64,000 nucleotides of DNA from Eledone cirrhosa (Eukaryota), in assembly GCA_964016885.1 (NCBI GenBank), contig OZ024742.1, positions 227,974,001-228,038,000 of the forward strand, written 5' to 3'. Positions 25,063 to 41,317 of the stretch are shown in pieces (within the stretch, counting starts at the first letter, position 1; each line of letters begins with the position of its first letter). The notes under the pieces were generated by a model. It was not told where the DNA came from, made no database searches, and saw only the letters and a list, made by a program, of their open reading frames with translations. The position numbers and the translations under genes are program-made.

Positions 25063-28000
25063 TACTACTAGCTGACAAGTGGGTAGATAAAGTAATCTCA
25101 GTGTACAGGGTAAATGCAAGAATCATTAAACTCAGACTAGTCCTGAATAAAACAATTACCTCAATAATATCAGCTTACGCACCCCAATTGGGGTTGCCAG
25201 ACGAACTTAAGGATAGGTTTTACAAGTCCCTAATGCAAACTACTGCTCTAACAAACGACAATGACTTCCTAATCATCGCAGGAGATTTTAACGGACACGT
25301 AGGTCAACACTGTGATGGCTTCAATAGAGTCCATGGAGGCCATGGGGTTGGCACAAGAAATGAAGAAGGATTCAGATTCTAGAATTCTGCGACGCCAATG
25401 ATATGTCGATATGTAACACAAACTTCAAAAAACCCGACAACCACCTGATCACCTATAGATCAGGGGAGCATTCTAGTCAGATAGATTTTATCCTCATCAG
25501 AGGACGTGACAGATGGACGGTCGTAAACACAAAAGCCTTCCCTAGTGAGGAATGTACCTCCCAACATAGCTTAGTTGTCAGCGACCTCACGGTCAGAACT
25601 AGACGAACCTGGAAACAGAAGCCAACCTGGAGAAGAAAAATCTAGAAGCTGAAAGATCCCTCGGCCAGTAACAGATTTAAAGATATTTTACTCAACGCCT
25701 ACGACAGTAAAGAAGAACAGATACAGACATTCAATGTAGAAGAGCACTGGGAGTTCCTAAAAAATAACTTACTAGAGACGACGGATAAGGTCTGTGGCTG
25801 GAGTAAGACCACAAGCAGGAGGAGAGTGACTTGGTGGTGGAACAATAAGGTAGATGAGGCAGTTAAGGCCAAGAGACAGGCATAGAAAGAATGGAAGAAC
25901 GGGGGAAGCAGGGTACATTACATAGAGACAAAGAGAGAAGCTAGGCGACATGTAAACTTAGCTAGGAGGGAAGCAGAGGATAGAAAATTCAAGTATGTTT
26001 TGCAACATGAGGACCAGAAACAGGAGGTGTTCAAGATTGCGAGGCAGTGTGTCAGAGAGAATTGTGATGTCATTGGAGAGAAGTGTATCCGGAATGATAA
26101 AGGTGAGCTTGCCCTCACAAGTACTGAGAAGAAAGATGCATGGAAGAGCCATTATGATAGATTACTAAATGAGGAGAATGCATGGGAAGAAGAGACCCTA
26201 CCCCAAGTAGACCCTATAGAGGGGCCAGCAGTACAAGTCAGCAGCAGCGTATTAAGTAAGGCAATCAAAGATATGAAGATGGGGGAGGCAACCGGTCCAT
26301 CGGATATAGCTGCCGAGATGCTGAAGGCATCTGGGTCTGTAGGTCACACTATAACCACACGTATTGTTAACCAGGTAATACTAGAAGGTGTCATACCAAA
26401 AGATTGGTGTAGTAGCATCATTGTCAACTGCTACAAAGGTAAAGGTGATGCATTAGATAGAGGAAAGTAACAGAAAGAGTTATAGCACAGTTGATTAGAG
26501 ACCGGGTGAAACTAGATGAGATGCAATTTGGGTTTGTACCAGGAAGAGGCACCACTGATGCCCTCTTCCTTGTGAGGCAGTTACAGGAAAAGTACCTAGC
26601 TAAAAGTAAGCCACTCTATCTGGCGTTCATCGATCTCGAGAAAGCCTTTGACAGAGTTCCACGTGCTATAATCTGGTGGGCTCTTAGAAAACTAGGAGTA
26701 GATGAATGGCTTGTGAAAGCTGTACAAGCCATGTACAGGGGAGCAGTCAGCAAAGTTAGGATTAGCAATGAGTATAGCGAGGAATTTAGCGTACAGGTTG
26801 GTGTCCACCAGGGCTCTGTTCTTAGCCCTCTTCTGTTCATCATAGTCCTGCAGGCAATAACGGAGGAGTTTAAGACTGGATGCCCATGGGAACTCCTGTA
26901 TGCAGATGACCTCGCACTTATAGCTGAATCTATGGTAGAACTAGAGAATAAATTCCAAACTTGGAAGCAGGGACTAGAAAGAAAGGGTCTCAAAGTCAAC
27001 ATAACAAAGACTAAGGTCCTTGTAAGTAGACAAGAAAACAGAACCCAGATCCCTTCAAGGAAATGGCCTTGCTCAGTATGTAGGAAAGGTGTAGGTAGGA
27101 ACTCCATTCTCTGCCCCAAATGCAAACAATGGGTACACAAGAAATGTAGATCTCAGGAAGCTTAATTAAACATGTAGGCTTCATATGTAGCAGCTGTGCT
27201 GGGACAGCAAGCAGCAAACAGCCACAAAAAACAAGTACCACCAATCTCTGGGAGGGCTCTGTAGAAACAGTAGACAGCTTCTGCTACCTAGGTGACCGAA
27301 TTAGCAGCGGAGGGGTGGGTGTTCAGAAAGTACAATAACTAGGGTAAGAATGGGATGGAAGAAGTTCAGGGAACTACTGCCACTGCTAGCTGCAAAAGGC
27401 TTCTCCCTCAAAATGAAAGGTAGACTGTATGATGCATGTATCCGAACAGCAATGTTACATGGTAGTGAGACCTGGGCGCTGAAGGTGGAAGACTTACGTA
27501 GATTAGAAAGAAACGAAGCCTGCATGCTCCGATGGATGTGTAATAGTAATATACGCGAACGGCAAAGCATAAATGAATTGAGAGAGAGACTGAGCATAAA
27601 AGGAATAAAATGCTGTGTGCAGGAGTGGCAGTTGCATTGGTATGGACATGTGATGCGTATGAAGGATGACAGCTGCATAAAAAGGTGCAGAGCACTAGAA
27701 GTCAATGGAAACCGCGGAGTGGAGAGATCAAGAAGACCTGGGATGAGGTGATAAAAGCCGACCTTACCCAATTACACCTCAAAGGTGATGACACACGACC
27801 GTGACCTCTGGCGTCACGCAGTAATACAGAGTACCCGACCTCCCATGGGTACAAGCTGAAGCATATAGACAATATGACCCCACACCCTCCCACTGCAAAG
27901 TGGTCGTGGAGGTGCCACGGCAAAAAAGCACCCAGCACTCACTGTAAATGAGGTTAGTGTTAGGAAGGGCATCCAGCTGTAGAAATCAAGCCAAAATCAG

Positions 28001-28114
28001 TTCCTGTATGAGCAAGGCATGGTCAGCCGACCAGATACTGCCCACAACAGGACAACCCGTCTAACCCATGCTAGCATGGAAGAACAGACATAAATCGGTG
28101 ATGATTATGATGAT
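25063..28114 (+). mobile_element. RTE family B, longest copy (partial APE + RT + finger), disabled
   Basis: APE motifs ISAYAPQ, AGDFNGHVG, QIDFIL and SQHSLVV. RT motifs FIDLEKAFD, QGSVLSP and YADD. Several stops and frameshifts, then a 3' UTR and GAT tail. Confidence 0.93.
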
Positions 28115-29345
<1,231 letters not shown>

Positions 29346-29684
29346 ATAAATGAAGTAATTCCCGTCGGAAACGTCCAGGAAAAAAGTTTTAAAATCTAAT
29401 GTCCAATAAATACACCAGGATTTTTTCATTCTGAGATTGAAAGCAAAATTTGTTTGCTTTCAAGAAACCACTGGTAAATGAAATAATTGCCTTATGTTGT
29501 TTATTACATAACTATATATATAGATAGATAAATATACACGGGTGTGTATGATTGTGTATAGAAGATTATATTAATAAAAGGAATTCCAACTGTCTGATTT
29601 ACTCGTTTTATTTACAATCCTTTAAATTGATAATGGGTATTAGAATGAATAGTATGGGTAGAATATTAAATGTTAAATGTTAAT

Positions 29685-29723
29685 TGAACAAGTACTTTCA
29701 TACTTTCGCAATCTTCAGGTTCA
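29685..29723 (-). ncRNA. Minimal type I hammerhead ribozyme (mirror copy)
   Basis: Reverse complement of 29818-29856 with one G-C to G-U change in stem II. Confidence 0.68.
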
Positions 29724-29817
29724 TAATGTGTGGTGACAGTCAAGTTTGCAATTTTCAACTGTCAAGTTTGAAATTTTCACAGTTGAAAATTGCAAACTTG
29801 ACTGTCACCACACATTA

Positions 29818-29856
29818 TGAACCTGAAGATTGCGAAAGCATGAAAGTACTTGTTCA
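29818..29856 (+). ncRNA. Minimal type I hammerhead ribozyme
   Basis: TGAAC-CTGAAGA-TTGC(GAAA)GCAT-GAAA-GTAC-TT-GTTCA. Stem III is palindromic. Confidence 0.7.
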
Positions 29857-29974
29857 ATTGATACTTAACATTTAATATTCTACCATACTATTTCATTCTA
29901 ATACCATTATAAATTTTTAAGGATTGTAAATAAAACGAGTAAATCAGACAAAGTTGGAATTCCTTTTATTAATA

Positions 29975-30992
29975 CATATATATATATACGTATATATATA
30001 CATATAAATTATATACATACATATACATATATATACATATATATATATACATACACATATATATAATATACATATATATACATACATATATATATATATA
30101 CATACATATACATACATATATATATACATATATATACATATATACATATATATACATATATACATAGATATATATACATATATACATATATACATAGATA
30201 TATATACATATATATATATATACATATATACATACATATACACATATACAGATATATACATACATATACACATAAACATATATATATATACATAGATATA
30301 CATATATACATACATACATATACACATATATATACATACATATACACATATATACATACATACATACATATACACATATATATACATACATATACACATA
30401 TATATACATACATACATACATACATACATATACACATATATATACATACATATACACATATATATACATACATATACACAAATACATATATATATACATA
30501 CATATATATATATATATACATATACATATTTATATACATATATACATACATACATATATGTATATATACATATATACATATATATATGTATATATACATA
30601 CATATACATACATATATATATATATATATACATATATATATGTATATATACATACATATACATACATATATATATATATATATACATATATACATACATA
30701 TACACATATATACATACATATATATATATATACATATATACATATATACATACATATATATATATATATATACATATATACATACATATATACATACATA
30801 TATATGTATATATACATATATATGTATATATACATATATACATACATATATATGTATATATACATACATATATATGTATATATACATATATACATACATA
30901 TAAATGTATATATACATATATACATACATATATATGTATATATACATATATATGTATATTACATATATATACACATATACATACATATATAC

Positions 30993-31023
<31 letters not shown>

Positions 31024-31138
31024 ATACATATTATACATACATATATACATATATACATATACATATATATACATACATATATACATACATATATACATAC
31101 ATATTATATATACATATATATATAGCATATATATATAC

Positions 31139-31185
<47 letters not shown>

Positions 31186-31363
31186 TACATACATATATAT
31201 ATATATATACATATATACATACATATATATATACATATATATATATACATACATACATATATATATACATATATATATATACATATATACATACATATAT
31301 ATATATATATATACATACATATATATATACATACATATATATATACATATATATATTCATATA
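29975..31363. repeat. (TA)n/(TACA)n microsatellite
   Basis: Low-complexity array. Confidence 0.97.
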
Positions 31364-31596
31364 TTTTTTTTTTTTTTTTTTTTTTTCAATCGACTTTCGT
31401 CAAATCGGACCGAGGAAACAATGTTCCGTCGGTCTTTCCAGTTGCTAATACTATCTATCGGTCGCAACTCCAGGTAGAGGAACAACATGAAATAAAGTGT
31501 CTTGCTCAAGGACATAACGCATCACCTGGTCCACGAATCGAACTCACAACCTCAAGATTGTGAATCCAATTCTCTAACCACTCAGCCACACGCCTT
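31364..31596 (-). mobile_element. tRNA-derived SINE with poly(A) tail
   Basis: Minus strand has A box TGGCTGAGTGG, B box GTTCGATTC and GTCCTTGAGCAAGACACTT. The T run at 31364-31386 is poly(A) on that strand. Related to 58560-58715. Confidence 0.75.
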
Positions 31597-31599
31597 CAA

Positions 31600-32360
31600 C
31601 ATACATACATACATACATATATATATATATATACATACATACATATATATATATATACATATATACATATATATATATATACATACATATATATATACAT
31701 ATATACATATATATATATATACAATATACATACATATATATATATATATATACATACATATATATATATATACATATAAACATACGTATATATATACATA
31801 CATACATATATATATTATATATATAACATATATATACATACACATATATAATATATATACATATATACATACACATATATATATATACACATATATACAT
31901 ACACATATATATATATACATATATACATACACATATATATATATACATATATACATATACATATATATATATACATATATACATATATATATATACATAT
32001 ATACATATACATATATACATATATATATATACATATATACATATATATATATACATATATATATATACATATATATATATTACATATATACATATATATA
32101 TATATACATATATACATATATATACATATATACATATATATATATACATATATACATATATATATATACATATATATATATACATATATATATATACATA
32201 TATATACATATATACATATATGATATATACATATATACATATGTATATATATACATATATACATATATATATATATACATATATACATATATACATACAT
32301 ATATATATACATACATACATATATACATACATATATATATACATACATACATACATACAT

Positions 32361-32391
<31 letters not shown>

Positions 32392-32575
32392 CATACATAC
32401 ATACATACATATACATACATACATATATATATACATACATATATATATATATACATTCATATATATATATATATATACATTCATATATATATATATATAT
32501 ATACATTCATATATATATATATACATACATATACACATATATATATACATACATATATATATACACTATATACAT
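31600..32575. repeat. (TA)n/(TACA)n microsatellite
   Basis: Low-complexity array. Confidence 0.97.
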
Positions 32576-33183
32576 GGTCGCTGCCAACTCGTTTTCGAGT
32601 ACGGCCACTACTTTATATCCATGTAGGAGAACCCCTACCGATGCGCTGAACGAGTGTGACTTTTTAGTCCAGTCAGCGACTTGAAAACTTTGGTACAAAC
32701 ACTACACTTGTGACAATTATTGACACATAGTGCTGGGCCCATGCTACCATGTGATGACAAGTGCAGAGAGATCTCCAGATATAAAGCAATGCCTGTTCCG
32801 AGAAGCTTTTATAGTGAGCAAAGGCACTGCACAAACCCAGTCCCACTCTCTTAACCAAGATGATATTTACCAAAAGAAGAACAAGTCAACATCATTGGAT
32901 ACCATCAGGGTTGCAGGTGTTATATCAGATTTTTCCTTCTCCTAGAATCCTGCCTTGACAAAGGCTAAGGGTCATCTCTCCAGGTGATTTTGGATTGGCC
33001 ATTGACTCTTAAGAGCTCCTTTTTCCCTTTGACAGGTTTTGTTTTTAGTCCTGCAGGATGTCCAAAAGTCACCCTCCTCACCAAGAAACTTGGTGGGGTT
33101 GCCAGTTTAGCCGCCAATGACCCGACCATGAGATCGGTTGTACTGGGAAACATGTTACCAGTAGCACCAACTGGTGACCTGAC
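32576..33183 (-). mobile_element. Unclassified 608-bp non-coding element, copy 1 (full length)
   Basis: Highly similar to 39164-39503, 42173-42762 and 43650-44257. Both ends lie in (TA)n. Confidence 0.85.
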
Positions 33184-33227
33184 ATACATATATATATACA
33201 TACATATATATATATATACATACATAG

Positions 33228-33699
33228 ATTTTTCTCCAAAGCATTTAAATGAACAGGGCAAAACAAATCATTAGATGTAAATTGATACATCTAATGGAAT
33301 TGAGTGATACTACAAATACAGCCCTTGTAGAAAACCACCCCACCTCCACTTACAGACAAAGAGGATGGCCAGCTAAATCTAACAGTGAACAGTTCACCAA
33401 CAATTTTGCTGAAGTCCATCCCACTTCCAGTGAAGAACAGCGAGAATGGTCAGCTAACTCTAGTAGTAATTGTCACCACATCAACAATGAGGCTGAAATT
33501 CATGACTCTACAGAACACCAAAAACTTGTGGACACCTTACAAGTGATATGGGACGATATGTTTCAAGAGATACACAGCCTTAATGTGAGTGACAGACCAT
33601 ACAACACCAGAATCAGTAAAGAACCCACTAAATTTGAATTGGAAGCGTTGAACTGAATAGCTGGCAATTATCTGAAGGCTATACGATCTAAAGGTGTAG

Positions 33700-33700
<1 letters not shown>
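33228..33700 (+). pseudogene. Possible N-terminal fragment of an R4/Dong-type non-LTR ORF
   Basis: Frameshifted peptide KHLNEQ..IIRCKLI...RPYNTRISK...LEALN. The resemblance is recalled only, and no catalytic motif is present. Confidence 0.25.
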
Positions 33701-34857
<1,157 letters not shown>

Positions 34858-36601
34858 TCGACCCAATAGAGGGACCAGCAGTGTTAGTCGAGGGGAGTAT
34901 AATAAGTAAGGCAATCAAGGATATGAAGACGGGTAAGGCGGCTGGGCCTTCGGAAATAGTTGCTGAGATGCTGAAGGCATCTGGCACGGTGGGACACACC
35001 ATGGTCACCCGCATAGTTAACCAAGTCGTACAGAATGGGGTTGTTCCGAAGGACTGGCATAGCAGCATCATCGTTAACTGTTATAAGGGTAAAGGAGACG
35101 CCCTAGATAGGAGTAACTATAGAGGCATTAAATTAATCGACCAGGTCATGAAGGTCACGGAAAAAGTAATAGCACAACTAATCAGAGAGAGAATTGACCT
35201 AGATGAAATGCAGTTCGGGTTTGTGTCAGGCAAAAGTACCACAGACGCTCTTTTCATTGTACGACAACTACAGGAGAAGTACCTAGCTAAAGGTAAACCC
35301 CTCTACTTAGCTTTTGTCGACTTGGAGAAAGCCTTCGACAGAGTCCCCCGCTCCATTATCTGGTGGGCTCTTAGAAAACTAGGCGTTGACGAATGGCTTG
35401 TGAGAGCTATACAAGCCATGTATAAAGAAACAGTCAGCAAGGTTAGAATTAACAACGAATATAGTGAAGAGTTTAGCGTAAAAGTTGGCGTCCATCAGGG
35501 CTCTGTTCTCAGCCCCCTACTATTTATTATTGCCCTTCAGGCTATAACAGAGGAGTTCAAGACCGGCTGCCCATGGGAACTCCTATACACAGACGACCTG
35601 ACACTCATAGCGGAATCAATGGCCGAGCTAGAGAAGAAATTCCAAACATGGAAGCATGGCCTAGAATCAAAAGGCCTTAAAATTAACCTGGCTAAGACTA
35701 AAGTTCTAGTTTGTAGGAAAGAAAATAAGGCGGCGGTCCCTTCTGGGAAATGGTCCGTGCTCGGTGTGTAGGAAAGGCGTAGGTAGAAACTGCATTTTAT
35801 GTCCTAAATGCAAAATATGGGTGCATAAAAGATGTAGTGGGATCACAGGTAAGCTAACTAAGAACATAGATTTTACATGTGGCCGGTGCTCTGGTGCAAT
35901 AAGTAGCAGCAAGTGCCCACAAAATACTAGCTCTTTCAATTGCGCAGAGGGTTCTATAGAAATAGTGGACAGTTTCCGTTACCTGGTGATAAAATCAGCA
36001 GTGGGGGAGGGTGCTCTGAAAGTACAGTAGCTAGAGTCAGAACTGGTTGGAAAAAGTTCAGAGAGCTTATACCACTATTAGCTGCTAAAGGGTTCTCCCT
36101 AAAAATGAATGGCAGGTTGTACGATGCCTGCATACGAACAGCAATGTTGCATGGCAGTGAGACCTGGGCATTGTGTGCAGAGCATATACGCAGACTAGAG
36201 AGGAACGAAGCTTGCATGCTCCGCTGGATGTGTAACAGTAATATACGTGAACGGCAAAGCATAAACGAACTAAGGAAAAAATTAGAAATAAGAGGGATCA
36301 GATGTTGTTTACTCGAGAGAAGGCTACGTTGGTATGGACACGTGATGCGCATGAAAGTCGATAGCTGTATAACAAAGTGCAGGGCAATAAAGATAGACGG
36401 TAGCCACGGAATAGGCAGACCTAGAAAAACCTGGGACGAGCTGATAAACTCCGACCTCACACACTTACACCTCTCCAAGACAATGTCACTGGACCGAGAC
36501 CTTTGGCGGTACTCAGTAACAGAGAAGACCCGCCTTACCTAAATACATAGTAAAACCTACTACAGCCAGTAGGCATCTCTAACAAAATACCCCCCCCCCC
36601 C
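34858..36601 (+). mobile_element. RTE family A, 5'-truncated, 3' UTR cut off at a poly-C run
   Basis: DPIEGP...NYRGIKL...YTDDL...KTRLT* (36542). Two frameshifts near 35755 and 35985. Confidence 0.92.
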
Positions 36602-37390
36602 CTAGGAATTGCACTGAGTTACCATGTATAGTGATAAGCAGTGTATTGTCTTGTAGTACACTGCTTATCACTATACATGGTAACTCAGTGCAATTCCTAG
36701 ATTACTACTACAAACCCAAAGTTCACTCACCACACAAACTTTGTCTGTCCCCTCTCTACCTATCTCTCTCTACATCCATTACACTCTCTCTCTCTCGCCT
36801 TTGGCCTACCTCCCTCTCAACATCTATGAACCTGCCCTCTGGGGCAATAAATAATTCCGACCTTAACTATCAACGCATCTCTCCAAAAGTAACCAGTATA
36901 ATAAAACCCCTACCATAACATTTTGATTAAGATATCTACAAGCCACTCTCTCCTACTTCTCCAACCCCTGCATATCTTTCTTTCTCTCTCCCTCTTCCCT
37001 ACTTTTCTCTCTTCCTTTTCTACTCTATCTTCCCCAACAACCCCACTTAAGGGTATTTACATTGTACATTTTACCATTCTGCTCTGAGGAAACAGTGGTC
37101 ACAGCATTGGATATTTGAGTTCTGCAAGTACTTGTGAATTTGCACGTAGCATAACTAGGCTGCAGTACCACCGTGGAAACACTTGTAAGCACACGGAATA
37201 AATTACCTTTTTATGATGTCTACCTGTTATTATTCTTTCTTTATATACACTCCGGAATACTGAAGGATCAGGAACTAAGTTTCTTCAACAATTTTTCCAT
37301 AACTCGTAGAGTAACCTCTTACCGTACGTCAACCATATCCAGTGTAGTAATTAACCATTACTACATCTTGGATAATCCTATACCTAATAA
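36602..37390 (+). mobile_element. Probable PLE pLTR fragment with 5' fold-back and hammerhead
   Basis: 44-bp-arm palindrome at 36602-36700, a pyrimidine-rich tract, a hammerhead at 37080-37191 and AATAAA. Confidence 0.5.
37080..37191 (+). ncRNA. Candidate type I hammerhead with long stem II
   Basis: TGCT-CTGAGGA-[stem II GTGGT...ACCAC]-GAAA-CACTTG-TA-AGCA, giving a GUA cleavage triplet. Confidence 0.45.
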
Positions 37391-37436
37391 ATATATATAC
37401 ATATATATACATATATATATATATACATATATATAC

Positions 37437-37536
<100 letters not shown>

Positions 37537-38517
37537 TCATCATCATCATCGTTTAACGTCCATGTTCCACGCTTGCATGGGTTTGGATGGGAGTTTTCCC
37601 ACTTGAGGCAACAGTGGTTGTCTTGCTCGCATAGGACTGTCTGGCGGGTTTTCTACAGCTGGATGCCCTTCCTAACACCAACCACATTTACAGTGTGGGG
37701 CTGGGAGGTTTTTACCGTGTTGCCTACACGGCCACATTACAGCGTGGACTGTGTGTTTTTTTGTCGTGACACCTACACGATCTCATTTGTTTCGGCCTGG
37801 ATGTTGTGGCACCAACATAACTTTACATTGAAAGTGGCAGTGTGGATGGGGTGGGGGTGGTGGGACGGGGGTGTATTTTGTTAGGGATGCCTACTGACTG
37901 TAGTAGGTTTTACTTTGTAAGGCGTGTCTTCTCTATTACTGAGTACCGCCAAAGATCTTGGTCCAGTGACATTGTCTTAGAGAGGTCTAAGTGTGTGAGG
38001 TCGGAATTTATCAGGTCGTCCCAGGTTTTTCTGCGACTGCCTACTCCATGGCTACCGTCTATTTTTATTGCCCTGCACTTTTTTATACAGCTGTCGTCTT
38101 TCATGCGCATCATGTGACCATACCAACGTAGCCTTCTCTCGAGTAAACAACATCTGATCCCTCTTATTTCTAATTTTTCCCTTAGTTAGTTTATGCTTTG
38201 CCGTTCACGTATATTACTATTACACATCCAGCGGAGCATGCAAGCTTCGTTTCTCTCTAGTCTGCGTATATCCTCTGCACACAATGCCCAGGTCTCACTG
38301 CCATACAACATTGCTGTTCGTATGCAGGCATCATACAACCTGCCTTTCATTTTTAGGGAGAACCCTTTAGCGGCTAATAGTGGTATAAACTCTCTGAACT
38401 TTTTCCATCCAGTTCTGACTCTAGCTACTGTACTTTCAGAGCACCCTCCCCTACTGCTGATTTTGTCACCCAGGTAACGGAAGCTGTCCACTATTTCTAT
38501 AGAACCCTCTGCGCAAT
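37537..38517 (-). mobile_element. RTE family A, 5'-truncated
   Basis: CAEGSIEIV...KTRLT, a single-module 3' UTR and (CAT)n on the plus strand. Both ends abut TA arrays. Confidence 0.92.
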
Positions 38518-38522
38518 ATGTA

Positions 38523-38574
<52 letters not shown>

Positions 38575-38595
38575 CACACACACATATATATATAC

Positions 38596-38688
<93 letters not shown>

Positions 38689-38863
38689 TACATATATATA
38701 TACATATATACATATATATATACATATATATATACATATATACATATATATATACATATATACATATATATACATATATACATATATATATACATATATA
38801 TATACATATATATATACATATATACATATATATATACATATATACATATATATACATATATAC

Positions 38864-38898
<35 letters not shown>

Positions 38899-38925
38899 CA
38901 TATATACATATATATACATATATAC

Positions 38926-38958
<33 letters not shown>

Positions 38959-38985
38959 CATATATACATATATATACATATATAC

Positions 38986-39112
<127 letters not shown>

Positions 39113-39163
39113 CATATATATATACATATATATATATATACATATATATATACATATATATAT

Positions 39164-39503
39164 GGTGGCTGCCAACTCGTTTTCGAGTACGGCCACTACT
39201 TTATATCCATGTAGGAGAACCCCTACCGATGCGCTGAACGAATTTGACTTTTTAGTCCAGCCAGCGACTTGAAAACTCTGGTACAAAGACTACACTGTGA
39301 CCATTATTGACACATAGTGCAGGGCCCATGGTACCATGTGATGACAAGTGCAGAGAGATCTCTAGATATAAAGCAATGCCTGTGCTGTGAAGCTTTTATA
39401 GTGAGCAAAGGCACTGCACAAAGCCAGTCCCACTCTCTTAACCAAGATGATATTTACCAAAAAGAAGAACAAGTCAACATCATTGGATACCATCATTGGA
39501 TAC
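39164..39503 (-). mobile_element. Unclassified 608-bp element, copy 2 (truncated)
   Basis: Matches the first ~330 bp (plus strand) of the other copies. Ends with a slippage duplication CATCATTGGATAC. Confidence 0.85.
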
Positions 39504-39608
39504 ATATATATATACATATATATATATATACATATATATATACATATATATATATATACATATATATATACATGTATATATACATATATATATATATACA
39601 TATATATA

Positions 39609-41317
39609 TCGACAGAGTCCCCCGTTCCATTATCTGGTGGTCTCTTAGAAAACTAGGTGTTGACGAATGGCTTGTGAGAGCTATACAAGCCATGTATAAA
39701 GAAACAGTCAGTAATGTTAGAATTAACAACGAATATAGTGAAGAGTTTAGCGTAAAAGTTGGTGTCCATCAGGGCTCTGTTCTTAGCCCCCTACTATTTA
39801 TTATTGCCCTTCAGGCTATAACAGAGGAGTTCAAGACCGGCTGCCCATGGGAACTCCTATACGCAGATGATCTAACGCTCATAGCTGAATCAATGACCGA
39901 ACTAGAGAAGAAATTCCAAACCTGGAAGCACGGCCTAGAATCAAAAGGCCTTAAAATTAACCTGGCTAAGACTAAAGTTCTAGTTTGTAGGAAAGAAAAT
40001 AAGGCGGCGGTCCCATCGGGGAAATGGCCATGCTCAGTGTGTAGGAAAGGCGTAGGTAGAAACTCCATTTTATGTCCCAAATGCAAAGTATGGGTGCATA
40101 AAAGATGTAGTGGGATCACAGGTAAGCTAACTAAGAACATAGATTTTACATGTGGCCGGTGCTCTGGTGCAATAAGTAGCAGCAAGTGCCCACAAAATAC
40201 TAGCTCCTTCAACTGCGCAGAGGGTTCTATAGAAATAGTGGACAGCTTCCGTTATCTGGGTGACAACATCAGCAGTGGGGGAGGGTGCTCTGAAAGTACA
40301 GTAGCTAGAGTCAGAACTGGATGGAAAAAGTTCAGAGAGCTTATACCACTATTAGCCGCTAGAGGGTTCTCCCTAAAAATGAAAGGCAGGTTATACGATG
40401 CCTGCATACGAACAGCAATGCTGCATGGCAGTGAGACCTGGGCATTGTGTGCAGAGGATATACGCAGACTAGAGAGGAACGAAGCTTGCATGCTCCGCTG
40501 GATGTGTAACAGTAATATACGTGAACGGCAAAGCATAAACAAACTAAGGAAAAAATTAGAAATAAGAGGGATCAGATGTTGTTTACTCGAGAGAAGGCTA
40601 CGTTGGTACGGTCACGTGATGCGCATGAAAGATGACAGCTGTATAACAAAGTGCAGGGCAATAAAGATAGACGGTAACCACGGAGTAGGCAGACCCAGAA
40701 AAACATGGGACGAGCTGATAAATTCCGACCTCACACGCTTACACCTCTCCAAGACAATGTCACTGGACCGAGACCTTTGGCGGTACTCAGTAATAGAGAA
40801 GACCCGCCTTACCTAAATACAAAGTAAAAACCTACTACAGTCAGTAGGCATCTCTATCAAAACACACCCCCGTCCCACCACCTCCACCCCACCCGCACCG
40901 CCCCTTTCAATGTAAAGTTATGTTGGTCCCACAACATCCAGGCCGAAACAAATGAGATCGTGTAGGTGTCACGACAAAAAACACACAGTCCACGCTGTAA
41001 ATGTGGCCGTGTAGGCAACACGGTAAAAACCTCCCAGCCCCACACTGTAAATGTGGTTGGTGTTAGGAAGGGCATCCAGCTGTAGAAAACCCGCCAGACA
41101 GTCCACGCTGTAATGTGGCCGTGTAGGCAACACGGTAAAAACCTCCCAGCCCCACACTGTAAATGTGGTTGGTGTTAGGAAGGGCATCCAACTGTAGAAA
41201 ACCCGCCAGACAGTCCTATGCGAGCAAGACAACCACTCTTGCCTCAAGTGAGAAAACACCCGTCCAAACCCATGCAAGCGTGGAACACGGACGCTAAACC
41301 TGATGATGATGATGATG
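39609..41317 (+). mobile_element. RTE family A, 5'-truncated, open RT-finger-CTD frame
   Basis: DRVPRS...YADDL...KTRLT* (40816) is uninterrupted. Carries the same 113-bp UTR duplication as 19486-20912, then a (GAT)n tail. Confidence 0.94.

Larger units (their letters stand above)
29569..29974. repeat. ~190-bp-arm inverted repeat of a hammerhead-bearing (PLE pLTR-like) unit
   Basis: 29569-29761 is the near-perfect reverse complement of 29780-29974, with an 18-nt spacer. Confidence 0.9.

Noticed and set aside
25063-28114. A full-length autonomous RTE
   Set aside because: The APE N-terminus and 5' UTR are missing and there are multiple stops and frameshifts. No autonomous RTE copy is present in the window.
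31470-31596. Functional tRNA genes at A/B-box sites (also 18137 and 58600-58715)
   Set aside because: There is no complete cloverleaf, and each continues into a SINE body, tail or TSD.
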